Translations under genes and position numbers: made by a program
Shown: piece by piece, positions 57,984 to 60,000 of the stretch
Layout of the letters: the number at the start of each line of letters is the position of its first letter
How positions within the stretch are numbered: position 1 is the stretch's first letter
Notes under the pieces: model-generated
Database searches by the model: none
Told to the model about the DNA's origin: nothing
What the model saw: only the letters and a program-made list of their open reading frames with translations
Assembly (NCBI RefSeq): GCF_018977255.1
Contig: NW_024704742.1
Coordinates: 118,546,001 to 118,606,000, forward strand
Direction of reading: 5' to 3'
Source of the DNA: Callorhinchus milii
Taxonomy: Eukaryota
DNA length: 60,000 nt

Positions 57984-60000
57984 CGGCTTATTGTGCCAAC
58001 TCTTTGAATGAGCTACCAACTAGTCCCACTCCCCCGCTCTTAGCCCATAATCCTGTAAATTCTTCCTTTTTAAATACCTATCTAATTCCCTTTTGAAAGC
58101 TATTATTGAATCTGCTTCCACCACCCTTTCAGGCAGTGCATTCCAGAATGTAACAACTCTGGGTAAAAAAAAATATTCAAGTTTGTTTCTCCTCGTTCAT
58201 TCAGCTTTTTCTTTCTCCTAGGTACATATTTCTATGTTATATTCCTCCTGTATATAAAAATAATCCTTACACATCGTTCATTCGTCTCAAAGCGCTTCAC
58301 ATGAAATACTGTAAAATGATTTTTGACTGTGTATTTTGTGGGAAAAACGCGACAGCCAATTTGCACACAGCAGTGTCCCACAAATATAGCAACTTTCATG
58401 TCAAGAAGCCATCCCAAAGCACTTCTCCGGATTTACTGCGATGTACAGTGACTGCATTTTGTAGGCGGATGCAGCAGACAATTTATCATTCAAGTCATTC
58501 AATTTATTTAATTTACCATTCAATTTATCACAGCAAGTACCACAGTCATGAAGTGAATGACTGATTTTTATTTTGGAAGATTGCTGGCCAGGACACCAGG
58601 AGAAACTTCCTTTTCATTTTGAATAGGGAACAGGATACAGGACTTTGGGGTAACATCTTACCCAAAGGATGACTCCAATAATGCAGCACACCCCTAGCAC
58701 TGTATTGGAACGTCAGCATTCAAAATCCTGACGTGCAGCTTGAATCCACAACCTTATGACAATGGCTAATTGAGATCAGATCAGAAGTATTCGATGATCT
58801 ACCATGCTTGCAGAGAAGAAGTTACACTGGAGCAAATATGTCAAACAAGGAGAGGACAAGGTCAATATCTTTTAAATGGGGAAAGCACTTAAGGAAAATT
58901 CATAATTAAATTTTCATTTAAATCAAATTAGTCCCACATGAGAGAAGACAAAAGATTTTATGGTCTGACATTTTAAAAACAAGATATGGAAAGAATATTG
59001 TTAATGGCAGACAAGGATTCTCATGCTAATTATAATATATTGGAAGCTCCACTCCAGCAGTGTTTGATTACACTATTGCTGATGTAAGGTACTCTCTGCT
59101 GCTGCACATTTGGCAGTCGCCAAACAGTTGAACATTAATTTAAAGAGCCTACATTTTTATAGCACCTTATCACGTTGTAATGTCTCAAAGTGCTTTCTAT
59201 CTGCATAGAAGCTTGAAATCCACACCAGGAAAAGGTAACACGTTGCAGCCGAGTCACCGTGATTCCTGCGTCTCCAAGCAGACACACCAAGAGCAGCACT
59301 GACAGGTTTGGGGACAGTGGTCTGTGTACTATGGCTAGGGAATGGTATCTGACCCTACAAACAGAACAACAATTAAACATGAAGCATACTTAATTTGTTA
59401 ATTCATCTCTTGTCTTTTTGCAATAAACAAGATACTTAGACCAGTTGATCCCAGTTTGAACATTCAATGGATTGTGGCTGAGGTGGAGATTTTCAATACT
59501 ATAGAAATTTACATTTATATAATGCTGGGAGGACATCCCCAGGTGCTGGACTGTCAAGAGTTTACATCCCAGCTAGGGGTGGGGTTTGAGGGGTTGGAGT
59601 GGGGGTAGGAAGGTAAGGAGAGAAAAATGGCTGAAAGTCCGGTCAAAGAGGAAAGTCTTGAGGCTTGACCAATTCATAAGGTTTAATTGTTAGAAAGGCC
59701 AGTACATTTACTGACACTGAACACATTTTTAATCAGATCAAAAACATAGATTGTGCTTCTCCAGAGCCAGAGCACTCCCAGGGCCTAGTCTATTATTTCA
59801 AAAGATAGGTTGAGGTAAAGAAGAAATTGGGTCCTTGATTAATTAGTTCCTAAATACCACCTACTTTTTTTGTAAACAATTAAACAATATTAATGATTTT
59901 TATTGTTTCAAATTTTGGGGTAGAAATTCCATCTGGGTTCTAGAATTACTCTATTGATGTACTAATAATATAATAATGATCCTTGCATTTGATATAGTGC

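Noticed and set aside
51741..60000. Next gene (HOMER1 is the convergent neighbour in mammals)
   Set aside because: No recognisable coding exon on either strand; only TE fragments.
1..60000. CRISPR-like arrays or a prokaryotic defence or operon system
   Set aside because: The recurrent palindromic ~36-bp motif is the dispersed SINE/L2 tail, not a regularly spaced array, and the sequence is a spliced eukaryotic locus.

Overview
Vertebrate genomic DNA, almost certainly from a cartilaginous fish. The SINE/L2/CR1/Penelope repertoire resembles what I recall for elephant shark or chimaera, which is an inference. The window holds the 3' part of one protein-coding gene on the + strand, JMY (junction-mediating and regulatory protein, a WASP-family actin nucleation-promoting factor and p53 cofactor). 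Eight GT-AG coding exons (13865-14015, 18576-18745, 21116-21281, 25694-25881, 34189-34275, 35459-35551, 37272-37845, 41949-42256) splice in frame to 1737 nt (578 aa plus stop). They encode the coiled-coil region, a polyproline tract and the WWWCA C-terminus. The 5' exons lie upstream of the window. A repeat-poor AT-rich stretch from 42257 to about 51740 is probably a very long 3' UTR. Introns and the downstream flank are filled with L2 and CR1 LINE fragments, a tRNA-Ala-derived SINE family sharing the L2 3' tail, older Deu-type SINEs, one Penelope-like fragment and two unclassified repeat families. I see no prokaryote-type system (CRISPR, operon, defence island) and no convincingly new protein. 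The best signals are RNA-structural: (1) a minimal hammerhead-ribozyme-like motif in a Penelope-like insertion with inverted ends; (2) compensatory covariation in the shared SINE/L2 3' stem-loop; (3) competing inverted repeats around one JMY exon; (4) inverted SINE pairs flanking exons; (5) an unclassified ~650-bp repeat present at least 7 times. Repeat boundaries are approximate and read by eye.
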